From assembly GCA_963665815.1 (NCBI GenBank), contig OY762463.1, positions 3,584,001-3,648,000 of the forward strand: a DNA stretch of 64,000 nt, written 5' to 3'. Of this stretch, positions 10,800-21,300 are shown piece after piece. Source of the DNA: Candidatus Cloacimonadales bacterium. GTDB taxonomy: Bacteria; Cloacimonadota; Cloacimonadia; Cloacimonadales; JAIOQZ01. Every line of letters begins with the position of its first letter. The first letter of the stretch is position 1. A model generated the notes under the pieces. That model was not told the origin of the DNA. It did no database searches and was given only the letters and a program-made list of their open reading frames with translations. Made by a program: the position numbers and the translations under genes.

Positions 10800-11069
10800 A
10801 TGCCTAATCATAAGTCGTGTGCAAAAAGATTGCGACAAGATAAGAAAAGAAATGCCAGAAATCACTATGTAAAGTCTACTATTAAATCTTTATCAAAAAA
10901 GGTCAGAAGTGATATCCCTGTTGAAGAAAAAGAAAAACTCATGCATGAAATTTATTCTAAACTGGATAAAGCAGCTAAAAGGAACATTATTCATAAGAGA
11001 ACTGCTTCCAGAAGGAAATCCAGACTGGCATTATACTTTAAAAAAGTTCAAGCGGAAGCTGCACAATAA
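10800..11069 (+). CDS. rpsT: 30S ribosomal protein S20
   Basis: MPNHKSCAKRLRQ...LDKAAKRNIIHKRTASRRKSRL; RBS ggagg. Confidence 0.96.
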   Translation: MPNHKSCAKRLRQDKKRNARNHYVKSTIKSLSKKVRSDIPVEEKEKLMHEIYSKLDKAAKRNIIHKRTASRRKSRLALYFKKVQAEAAQ

Positions 11070-11073
11070 AGCT

Positions 11074-11102
11074 AAGGCAGACTTAAGTCTGCCTTTCTTT
11101 TT
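11074..11102 (+). terminator. Palindromic terminator/attenuator between rpsT and ftsY
   Basis: Perfect palindrome aaggcagacttaagtctgcctt followed by T-rich tail. Confidence 0.65.
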
Positions 11103-11111
11103 GGAGGAACC

Positions 11112-12068
11112 ATGTTAAAATTCGTAAAAAATCTTAAACAGAAACTTGCACGTACAAAAAACAATTTTATCGGCAAGATTGCCGAAACCATAAAGCTGAG
11201 AGGAAAAGTTGACGAAGAACTGATGGAAGAACTGGAAGAAATTCTTATTCAGGCGGATGTCGGTATTGATCTCAGTATAGATATCATTGACAAATTGAGA
11301 GAAGAAGTCAGATTCCACAAGATTACAGACGTAGAAGAAGTGAGAATAAAGCTGCAGAACATTATGAGTGAACAGTTCCTTTCTGATACAAAAGCCCAGG
11401 AGGAATCTGGTGATACAAGCCTTTCAATTGAAGAAATTGAGAACACATCCATCAAGCCATTTATCATGTTGTTTGTTGGGGTTAATGGAGTTGGTAAAAC
11501 AACATCTATCGGAAAACTTGCTCAAAGATTCAGAAAAGCAGGTAAATCTGTCATGCTTGTTGCCGGAGATACATTCCGCGCCGCAGCAATTGAACAACTG
11601 GATATATGGGCAAACAGAGCTGGAGTTGATATTGTCAAACAGGAGCAGGGGTCTGATCCTTCTTCTGTTGTATATGATAGTTTGATTTCTGCAAAACACA
11701 AAAATACAGACATTGTACTTATAGATACTGCCGGAAGACAGCATAACAAAGTTAATCTTATGAATGAGCTTAACAAAATCAGAAGAACTATTCAAAAGGT
11801 TGTTCCTGAAGGTCCACACGAAGTATTTCTTGTTATTGATGCGACAACAGGTCAAAATGCTGTAACACAAGCAGAAATGTTCGATAAAGCTGCAGATCTC
11901 ACAGGGCTTGTTCTTACTAAGCTGGATGGTACTGCTAAAGGTGGTATTGTGATGAGTATTCAGCACAAGTTCAGCATTCCGGTTAAACTGATTGGGGTTG
12001 GAGAACAGATTGATGATCTTAGAGATTTTAACCCGCAGGAATTTGTTGAAGCTTTCTTCAAAGAATGA
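11112..12068 (+). CDS. ftsY: Signal recognition particle receptor FtsY
   Basis: GVNGVGKTT, DTFRAAA, DTAGR, TKLDGTAKGG, GVGEQIDDL. Confidence 0.97.
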   Translation: MLKFVKNLKQKLARTKNNFIGKIAETIKLRGKVDEELMEELEEILIQADVGIDLSIDIIDKLREEVRFHKITDVEEVRIKLQNIMSEQFLSDTKAQEESGDTSLSIEEIENTSIKPFIMLFVGVNGVGKTTSIGKLAQRFRKAGKSVMLVAGDTFRAAAIEQLDIWANRAGVDIVKQEQGSDPSSVVYDSLISAKHKNTDIVLIDTAGRQHNKVNLMNELNKIRRTIQKVVPEGPHEVFLVIDATTGQNAVTQAEMFDKAADLTGLVLTKLDGTAKGGIVMSIQHKFSIPVKLIGVGEQIDDLRDFNPQEFVEAFFKE

Positions 12069-12069
12069 G

Positions 12070-14817
12070 ATGATAATCAGCAAAACAGTATCATTAAAAA
12101 AAAATATTATTCAGTATGTTCTGGAAACAACAAATCCGGAGCATACTGTTTTTGTTTTACCTACATTTAAAAATAAATCTGATGCTCTGCTAAAGTTCCA
12201 GAGCAATTGGAATTTCACGGACACATCCTTTTATTCTTTTGCAGAATTCAAATCGCTTTTCTTTGAATCGGAATATCCGGTTATATCATCCGATAAAAGG
12301 AAAATACTGTTATATTCAATACTTGATGAAAAACTGAAGACAGAGCTACGATTAAAAGACTATTTTTCGGCTATTGGATTCATGGATAATTTTTTCACAT
12401 TCTGGGAAGAAATTCTCGATGAATGCTTAGATCCTGAGAAACTAATTGATACCCTGGAAAATAACTCAGGATCACTACTATTTGAATCGCAAAGAGATTT
12501 CTATGATCTTATATTCAACTTACTCAGGAGATATGAAAAGAAGCTGGCAGATACAGGTTTTTCCGATAATATTTTTCTGATAAATGAAAAGAATATTTCG
12601 TTCCCTGTAAGTTTAAAAGGGAAAGAGAAATTTGTATTTGTTAACCAGTATTATTTTTCCAATCTAGAGGAAAAGTTACTGAAAACTCTTTCCATAAATG
12701 GTAAAAACTGTGTAAAAGTAAATCAGTTCACCAGTGAGCAGAATGAAGATAATGTTGAGGAAATATCTTTCGAGAATCCTGAGAATCTGAGAATTCAGAA
12801 TATTGAGATAATCGAAGTACCTGACAGCTATTCAATGTATCTCGAGTTTCTACAGCATTATAATAAAGATAACATTATACTTAACAACTCCACAGTTACT
12901 GATGAGATTACTTCGATTCTGAAGGAGAAATTCAGAATGGGAGAAAATACCTGCAGAGAAGCAGTGTTATACAATTTTCTCAAGAATCTTGTTAACCTTG
13001 TTGAAAATGCCAACCTTGCCGGAGACCGAAGTACACTGATCTTTTCCTTGGAATCCATGAGATCTTTCTTTTCTGCAAACAGCAAATACAAATTATTTAA
13101 AGATCCGGTAGAGAAATATCACCATACTCTTTCTGATAGACTTACTTTATTCTATCTGCAAAACTCATTTCTAAGTATCAGTTTCGATAAACTTAAGAAC
13201 ACATTCAGTAATGATGCAGAGATGATAGGAGTGCTGGAGTTTTACGAGAAAATTATTGATATGCTGCTTGCAGAAGATATTTCATTATCAAAGTTTTTCG
13301 ATTACCTGTTTACATGTGCAGACTTTGGATTAGACAGAAATGAATGGCAAAGCTTCTGGAGGTCATATTATGATCTTGAAAGTACATATAGTGCAGATTT
13401 TCCTGTTGATATTGACAGACTGTTTGAAGTAAACACATGTTTGAACCATCTCAAACTCTTTCTGGACATCTATAAAACTGACAGCTCTGCAAACAGTAAA
13501 ACAGAGTCTCTTGAATTTACTTCATTGAATAATACTCGGAATATCTTCCCAAAATCAAAAGTAATAGTTCTCCATGCTGAAGAAGGAATCATCCCGTCTA
13601 ACCCGAAGAAACAATTTCTTTTCAATGACAGTCAGCGTAAAAGTCTTGGATTGAAAACTTATGAGCATATCAGAGAAAGAGAAAAGTATTATTTTTACAG
13701 ACTTATTGCCAATGCTGAGTCAGCTGTAATTATATGTATTAATAACATTGAAAAGGATATCTCCGTCAGCAGCTTTATTGAGAATGTTAAATTCTACTTA
13801 ACGAATAATAGTAGTATAGAGTTTTCTTTCCGTAAAAGTAATATATTTTCTCAGAGATTCCATGAAACTCTGGAAATGATTTCAAGCGAATCAAAACTGT
13901 CAGAGAGAAAAAAAACCGGTTTGATAATTCCTTTTGAAAAAGCAGTATTCTTCAGGAACAATGAGATAAAAATATCTCCTACATCTTACAAAATTCTGAA
14001 TGAAAATCCAATAGATTATTATTTCAAAAGCATACTTAGATTATCCCCTTTGAAATGGAAACCTGAGAATATTATAACTCCACTTGCATTCGGTATTATC
14101 TTTCATGAAATAATGAATGCTGTTTTCTCAGATATCAGAGATGGGAAAAGATTTCAAAGCAATACTTTATTCAGAAAAGATGAACTGAATATACTGATTA
14201 ATAAGGCATTATCAGAGATTCTTTCCTTAAGTCATGAAACAGAACTGATATATAACATACCCGGGAATATGTCCCTTGATTTTTACAAAACACATGTAAT
14301 CCCTTTTATAATTGACAGTGTCAGAATATTCATAAATGCTTTGAATGAACTTGTGAAAGTATCAGCAGAGAATATACCTGCAATATTTACTGAAGGTGAA
14401 TTTGCTCCTGAAAAAGAAACCAATGGGGTTGAACTTGTTAATTGCCCGAACTACAGAGTTTTTATCCGGGGAAGAGCAGACCTTATTTTATACTCAGAGT
14501 ATTACAATTCTTACTTTATAATTGATTTTAAAAGTGCAGAACAAAAAACCAAATATGAAAAGGATTATTCGCAACAGCTTGAGATTTACAAATTTCTGTA
14601 TTTCTCAAAGAACGGACGTATAGATTTTAAAGGTGAGATATACAGAATGCTGATGTTCCTTATGGATCATTCTCAGAAAGTAAACAGCGATATGGACTCT
14701 GATTTACAGGAGAAAATTAAAAATTTCTTCGATAAACTGCTGGTTGTTGAAAATCTGATTCCACCGGAAAGCTCTTCAAAGATTGATAATGATTTTAAAG
14801 AATTGTACAGGATTTGA
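12070..14817 (+). CDS. AddB/RexB-like subunit with C-terminal PD-(D/E)XK nuclease
   Basis: ATG just after ftsY stop; EEGIIP..FLFNDSQRKSLGL, ISPTS...NPIDYYF, GIIFHE, RGRADLI, IIDFKS, QLEIY; directly upstream of AddA-like gene. Confidence 0.75.
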   Translation: MIISKTVSLKKNIIQYVLETTNPEHTVFVLPTFKNKSDALLKFQSNWNFTDTSFYSFAEFKSLFFESEYPVISSDKRKILLYSILDEKLKTELRLKDYFSAIGFMDNFFTFWEEILDECLDPEKLIDTLENNSGSLLFESQRDFYDLIFNLLRRYEKKLADTGFSDNIFLINEKNISFPVSLKGKEKFVFVNQYYFSNLEEKLLKTLSINGKNCVKVNQFTSEQNEDNVEEISFENPENLRIQNIEIIEVPDSYSMYLEFLQHYNKDNIILNNSTVTDEITSILKEKFRMGENTCREAVLYNFLKNLVNLVENANLAGDRSTLIFSLESMRSFFSANSKYKLFKDPVEKYHHTLSDRLTLFYLQNSFLSISFDKLKNTFSNDAEMIGVLEFYEKIIDMLLAEDISLSKFFDYLFTCADFGLDRNEWQSFWRSYYDLESTYSADFPVDIDRLFEVNTCLNHLKLFLDIYKTDSSANSKTESLEFTSLNNTRNIFPKSKVIVLHAEEGIIPSNPKKQFLFNDSQRKSLGLKTYEHIREREKYYFYRLIANAESAVIICINNIEKDISVSSFIENVKFYLTNNSSIEFSFRKSNIFSQRFHETLEMISSESKLSERKKTGLIIPFEKAVFFRNNEIKISPTSYKILNENPIDYYFKSILRLSPLKWKPENIITPLAFGIIFHEIMNAVFSDIRDGKRFQSNTLFRKDELNILINKALSEILSLSHETELIYNIPGNMSLDFYKTHVIPFIIDSVRIFINALNELVKVSAENIPAIFTEGEFAPEKETNGVELVNCPNYRVFIRGRADLILYSEYYNSYFIIDFKSAEQKTKYEKDYSQQLEIYKFLYFSKNGRIDFKGEIYRMLMFLMDHSQKVNSDMDSDLQEKIKNFFDKLLVVENLIPPESSSKIDNDFKELYRI

Positions 14818-14824
14818 GATTATT

Positions 14825-17800
14825 ATGAAAAACAATATTACTGCAAAAATAATTTCTGCAAGTGCGGGAACAGGAAAGACTTTCAGATTATCAATTGAGT
14901 ACATAAAAACTCTGCTAAATCAACCTGAACCAAGAAATCCTGAGTTCTATAAAGAAATCGTTGTTTTGACTTTTACTAAAAAAGCTACTGCAGAAATCGC
15001 TGAGAGAATTGTCAGCCATCTCAAAAACATATTAGAAGATCCTGAAGGCAAAGGTGCAGATATTATTGCTCAGTTTGATAAACTGAACAACACTGATCTC
15101 TCTTTACTGAAAAAAGTATACTTGAATATAGTTTCCAACAAACATAAATTCAGGATTCAGACAATTGATTCTTTCTTCGGTACTCTTTTCCAGAGTATAG
15201 TTACTCCTGCATTTCACATTGATGATTATGAAATTGTGCATGAACAGAAACCGGATATATATTCTCTTTTACTTGAAAAAATGATTAATGAAGATTGCTT
15301 TCACTATATAGTTAAAAAATATATACATAAAGGGAAAGAAATCAGTAAATATGAAGCATTCGTAAAAGGTTTGCTTGCAAACAGATGGATTATTGAAAAT
15401 ACAGATACTGATGTCTTTGGAAATACAGCAAACCTGAAGGGATTCATTAAAGAAGCTATTCAGGTTTATAGAACAGAGTTCATAAATTTTATGAAATCAA
15501 ATCTTAGTGGAAAGAAAACTGATCTCAGCAATATGTTCCTCAAAAAGTTTCCATTCAGAGATACAATTTTACAAAATGGAATTAACGAGGATAATTTCGA
15601 ACAACTTCTACCAGGATTTTTAACAGATATCGAGCTGATGAGAAATGTATCAAATCTGAGATCAAAAAATATATTATCTAAACGAAAAGTAGCACCTGAT
15701 TTTTTTGCAGAGTATGATAATATATATAATTATCTTGTTTCTGCTGTTTTATTCGATGTGTTTATTGATCAGCAAATCCTTGTACAAACTGCTCAAAAAG
15801 TTTTTGAATTATATGATGAAATAGTACGAACAATAAAATGCTTTACTCATGATGATATACTGTATTACACTTTGTCTGTAATGCAGACATCTAATTCCCT
15901 GATCAGTGCTGACAATTCTGTCACAAATCAGTTCTATGAACTTCTTTCTCATCGTATCAGTTTTCTGCTTATAGATGAGTTTCAGGATACGAATGTTAAT
16001 CAATGGAATCTGATTCGACCTGTTATAAGTGAATTGATTAGTGGAACAGGTATAAAAGACTATGCCGGATTTGTAATTGTAGGTGATGAGAAACAGGCAA
16101 TATACGGCTGGAGAGGTGGCGAAAGTAAGTTGCTTAGTGCAATTGAGACTATGTTTCCGGAAAGTGGAAGTATTGTAAAAAAGGAAAAGCTCACAACAAG
16201 TTATAGATCTTCAGCATCTGTAATTGATTATGTTAACATGCTGTTTTCTGCTGATAATGGACTTTCTGCTTATATAAACTATGCAGGAATTAACTGGGAT
16301 TATCCTCAAGTGAACTACCTTGATAGTGCTCCTGATGGATTTGTAAATGTCAAGATTGAGAGCTATGCCCAGGGGCAGAAGGATTTTCTATTTCAGAGAT
16401 TTGCAGCATATTTCCATTCTTACTGGAGGGATAACGCTTTTATCAGAGAAGGACGAACTGCAATTATTGCAAGAAAAAACAGTGATCTTTCAGAAATTGC
16501 GTCACTTTTGGGTAAATACGATATTCCGTTTCAAATAAGCAGTTCACAATCAATAATACAACATAAAGCTGTTCAGCAAATAATAAACGTGATTAAATAT
16601 CTTGCTTTCAGGAATTTCACTGATTTACTCATAGTCCTGCGCTCAGATATACTTAATCTTAATCCTGATGATTTTTATAAACTATGTGAAAGTTTCAGAG
16701 AAAAATCCATTGGTTCAAGATCGCAACTTGATTTCGTTCTTCAAATGGACTGCCTGAAAGAAACAGGAATCAATGATTGTATCCTTACTTCTGAATTCTT
16801 TCGTTCTGTTGTTGAGGAAAAAGGTCTTTCAGAAAAAGTAAATCGTGTTATAGATTTCTTTAGTCTGAACAATAAATTCCCATCTGATAATGATGCAAGA
16901 TCAATAATAAGATTCATGAACGCAATTAGAGAATATGAATTAAAGAATCCTCACTACTCACTACAGGATTTCCTTTCATATATATATGATAATGAGAATG
17001 AAAATGAATTTAAGCAAGAATCAACTGAACAGAAGTCAGGCGTAACATTATTGACAATTCATAAATCAAAAGGTCTTGAGTTTGACAGTGTATTCCTTTT
17101 AACACAATTTTCCGGTAAAAATTCACAGGGGAATAGTCTTAATTTCAATTACTGGTACAAGTATAATGAGAATTTTTCAAGAATGGATAATCAGCTTTTA
17201 TTCTTGAATCTACATGCTTCAACAATCAGAGGAACTGAAAAAACAAACAAAGAGTTCTCAATCGTAAACAGAATTGCAGACTTGAATTTTCATGAACGCA
17301 GCAAAGAGCTTATTGCTGAAATAAATTCATTATATGTTGGACTTACAAGAGCTAAGACATGTTTATTCCACTATATTTTTACACAGGCTAAAGATCGCGA
17401 AACTATTAAAACAACAAAAGCAGAAAATTACCAGTTTAAGTATTATTTAAGTGCTATTTATAAAATACTCTCAGATACAGAGCATTATAATGAAGAGGAA
17501 TTCGAGTATTCCATAGGGGAAATACCTGATTCAAAATTTGAAAGCAGTGTGTTAACTTCCGGTGATATACCCGATATTAGTGATTTTCGTGAATATTTCA
17601 ATCTTTCTCTCTTCACTGAAAGAAAAGCTGATTCAGGGGTGGATCTGGCAATTGGACATGATATAAAGGAAATTGTGAGGAGAAAAGCTGACATCTACGG
17701 TAGTCTAGTTCATGATTACCTTTCCTGCATAAAGTACAATACAGAAGACGAAATAAAATCTGCAGAATCTACTGTTTTCAAAATATATGGAAATATTTTT

Positions 17801-18115
17801 TCAAATAATCATTTTTATAATGTGTTTTCTCAAATTCAGGATTGGATAAAAGGTCATGTAGAGCTTTTTTCTGAGGACTGGGACAAAGTTTTTAATGAAC
17901 AGGCAATTTTCAGCAGCTCCGGTAAGGAATTCAGAATTGACAGGCTCATGATCAATACAAAAAAGAAAAAGATTCTTATTGTTGATTACAAAACAGGCGG
18001 CATAAGTGAGGGAAATCAGCTCAGTAATTATGGAGACATAATCTCATCATTAGAAGTTACCGGCAAAGACTATTCTTTAGATACAAAATATCTTAAATTG
18101 AACATAATATTGTAA
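14825..18115 (+). CDS. addA: AddA/RecB-like UvrD-family helicase-nuclease
   Basis: ASAGTGKT, LTFTKKA, IDEFQDT, VGDEKQAIYGWRGG, LTIHKSKGLEF, YVGLTRA and C-terminal RIDRL..IVDYKTG. Confidence 0.85.
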   Translation: MKNNITAKIISASAGTGKTFRLSIEYIKTLLNQPEPRNPEFYKEIVVLTFTKKATAEIAERIVSHLKNILEDPEGKGADIIAQFDKLNNTDLSLLKKVYLNIVSNKHKFRIQTIDSFFGTLFQSIVTPAFHIDDYEIVHEQKPDIYSLLLEKMINEDCFHYIVKKYIHKGKEISKYEAFVKGLLANRWIIENTDTDVFGNTANLKGFIKEAIQVYRTEFINFMKSNLSGKKTDLSNMFLKKFPFRDTILQNGINEDNFEQLLPGFLTDIELMRNVSNLRSKNILSKRKVAPDFFAEYDNIYNYLVSAVLFDVFIDQQILVQTAQKVFELYDEIVRTIKCFTHDDILYYTLSVMQTSNSLISADNSVTNQFYELLSHRISFLLIDEFQDTNVNQWNLIRPVISELISGTGIKDYAGFVIVGDEKQAIYGWRGGESKLLSAIETMFPESGSIVKKEKLTTSYRSSASVIDYVNMLFSADNGLSAYINYAGINWDYPQVNYLDSAPDGFVNVKIESYAQGQKDFLFQRFAAYFHSYWRDNAFIREGRTAIIARKNSDLSEIASLLGKYDIPFQISSSQSIIQHKAVQQIINVIKYLAFRNFTDLLIVLRSDILNLNPDDFYKLCESFREKSIGSRSQLDFVLQMDCLKETGINDCILTSEFFRSVVEEKGLSEKVNRVIDFFSLNNKFPSDNDARSIIRFMNAIREYELKNPHYSLQDFLSYIYDNENENEFKQESTEQKSGVTLLTIHKSKGLEFDSVFLLTQFSGKNSQGNSLNFNYWYKYNENFSRMDNQLLFLNLHASTIRGTEKTNKEFSIVNRIADLNFHERSKELIAEINSLYVGLTRAKTCLFHYIFTQAKDRETIKTTKAENYQFKYYLSAIYKILSDTEHYNEEEFEYSIGEIPDSKFESSVLTSGDIPDISDFREYFNLSLFTERKADSGVDLAIGHDIKEIVRRKADIYGSLVHDYLSCIKYNTEDEIKSAESTVFKIYGNIFSNNHFYNVFSQIQDWIKGHVELFSEDWDKVFNEQAIFSSSGKEFRIDRLMINTKKKKILIVDYKTGGISEGNQLSNYGDIISSLEVTGKDYSLDTKYLKLNIIL

Positions 18116-18284
18116 TAGTTGTCCTTCATTTGAGATGACGTGATTCTGAGTACTGTTTGAGACAATTGACCAACATGTTACATTATATCATATTACTGAA
18201 TTCTAATATAATACAACTATATAATCTTAAGTCAACAACATAAGGTATCCTTAGTACGAAATATTGTAGTTGAATATAAAAAAA

Positions 18285-18313
18285 TTGACTTTTTATTAGT
18301 TAACTACTACACT
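18285..18313 (+). promoter_or_regulatory. Putative sigma70 promoter of gene B
   Basis: TTGACT-17 nt-TACACT, placed just before the leader shared with gene A. Confidence 0.55.
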
Positions 18314-18371
18314 TATCGTGTACATTGTGCTTATTAAATGTATACACTGTCAAATACTTAAGGAGGTTTAC

Positions 18372-21300
18372 ATGAGACAGAGACTAGTTTTTTTTATTGT
18401 TCTAATATTTACTATTTTACCTATGTATGCTCAGGTAAATGTAATTTCAACATTTCCTTATGAAGAGAATTTTGATAATAACCAGATTCCTCAATTTTGG
18501 AGCGATATAACTCAAGATACAGATCGATGGATTGTTGGTATATGTGACCATTTGAGTTATACAGGTCCTCAAAATGGTGATCATACAGCTGGACCTTCAG
18601 GATATCTTTACTTTGACTCTTATTTTTCAAGTGATTACGATGTTTATACCATGAAAACACCAAGTTTTAATGTTGCAGGTTTAACATCTCCGCAATTCAC
18701 ATTCTGGTATAATATGTATGGACTTCATATGGGTGAGTTACACATAAATATTTATCAGCCGGGATCAGATATTTTATACACAGATGTTGTCCAGCCTATA
18801 TGGGGAAATCAGGGACAAGAATGGATTAGTCAATCTATTGATCTGCTGCCATATAATAGTGAACCATTTGAGATACAAATTATCGGTATTGCCGGAGACG
18901 ATCATTACTGTACTATATCAATTGATGATATCAAGGTTTTTAATAATCCGGCAGTCCCCACACCAGCTACTCTTTACACCCCATCTGATCTGGAGAACTA
19001 TGTTGATGAACAGGGATTACTTAGATGGAGGAATTCAGATGGAGCGACAGGCTACAAACTGAGTATCGGTACAGATTATCCTCCGACAAATATCCTTGAT
19101 AATGATGACAGGGGCAATAGTCTGGTATACGATTTTTTTAATTACTCCATGGGAACTACATATTATTGGCAGGTAACACCATATAATAATAATGGTGATG
19201 CTGTCGGGTGTCCTATAATGTCTTTCACAACAAGACCTGATCCGGCAACATCAAACTGCCTGTTTGCTGAAGATTTCTCTACATGGCCTCTTGATTCCAA
19301 CAGGTGGAGTACTGGGGGAACACAACAATGGGCTGAAGACCCAGGTTCCGGAGGTGCATATTGTGATTTATGGGGATGGTCTTCAGGCAATAATGCAACA
19401 TTAATTTCAGCTCCTATTACAATTTCCGGTAACTATAACTTAGAATTCAGATGGTCGCATAAGTTCAGACCGGTTGAGTTTAATGATGCTCTGAATATAT
19501 TTGTTTCAACAAACCAGTCGACCTGGTCTTTATTAGCTGGAAAAGCTCAGGAACAGCTGCATTCTAATGATGGGGCGGATAATCTGTCTCCCGGAACCTT
19601 TGTATGGGAAACTATAAGTTTAGACCAATATTCCGGACAGACTATTTATCTTAAATTTGAGGGCGTGTATGGTGCAGGTCCAAGGCTTTATATTGATGAT
19701 ATCAGTGTTTACGAAAGAGTTCCATCCTGCCCGACTGTTCCAGTTCCTGCTGATTTGGCAACAGGGGTTATTGAAGCAGGTACTCTTAGCTGGGTTAGTG
19801 CTCAGGGAGCTGCAGGTTACAAAATATCTTTAGGAACAGATAATCCTCCAACAAATATCGCAGATAGTATTGATGTAGGAACATCATTGTTTTATGATTA
19901 CACAGGATTAGCTTACAATACAACATATTACTGGAAAGTAACACCTTATGATACCGTTGGTGATGATGCAGATTGTCCGGTCTGGCAATTCCAGACAAGA
20001 ACAGGTTTTGCGGTAACAACTTTCCCTTGCACAGAGACATTTGATGATGGGCAATTGCCAAACCTGTGGGTTGATGATCCGTCAAATACCGACCCATGGT
20101 CAATTAATAATTCAACTCCATCTGTAGATACTGGTCCTCAATCAGGAGATCACACTTCAGGTTCAGGCAACTTTATCTTTACAGAGGCTTCCGGAAACTA
20201 TAATCAGACATTTAAGATGAAAACAGTCAGATATGATGTTTCAGCTCTGACTTCTCCTCAGTTTGTTTTCTGGTATCACATGTATGGCAGCACAATGGGA
20301 ACACTCAATGTAAATATTTATCATCCGGATTCCGGGAATCAATACATGGATGTAATTGTTCCTATTTCCGGGGATCAGGGAGATACATGGTTCTGCCAGA
20401 CTATAGATCTTCTTCCTTATAACTCAGAACCATTCATTCTGGAATTTGTTGCTGTTACCGGCACAGATTTCCATAGTGATATATGTATAGATGATGTCAG
20501 TGTTTATGATAACACAACCCCTCCGGGATGTGTAACTCCTGTAATTCCAGCTGATCAGGCTAACGAGGTTGTAGAGCAGGGAAGTCTTCATTGGGGAACT
20601 GTCATAGGTGCAACCGGTTACAATCTTAGTTTTGGAACAGATAACCCACCAACAAATATACTTGATAATGTAGACCGAGCTGACAGTATTTTCTACGATT
20701 TTTCAGGATTAAGTTATAGTACTACATACTATTGGCAGGTTACTCCTTACAATACTAATGGCTCAGCAGTAAACTGTCCTGTATGGAGCTTCACAGTACG
20801 TGGGGATCCAACTATTACGGCTTATCCGTATACTGCGGATTTTGATTCAGGGATGATACCTTCCTGGTGGTCTCAGGACAATAATGACGATATGGACTGG
20901 ACATTTCAATCCGGTTCAACAACATCTTCTAATACCGGACCTTCATTTGATCACACAACAGGTTCAGGTTACTATATTTACACAGAGGCTTCCGGATACA
21001 ACAATATGACAGCGAACATAGAAACAAGACCATTTGACCTTACAAATAATGGTTATCCTGTATTGTCTTTCTGGAGCCATATGTATGGTGGTGATATGGG
21101 ATCTCTGAGTATTGATGTATATAATCATAGTACAAACAACTGGACAAATGATTTCTTCTCAATAAGTGGGGATCTGGGAGATCAATGGATTGAACAAGAA
21201 GTTGATCTGACAATTTTCTCAGGACAGATCATTCATCTCAGATTCAGTGGTCACACAGGAAACGGTTTTGAAAGCGATATCGCGATTGATGATGTGAGCT

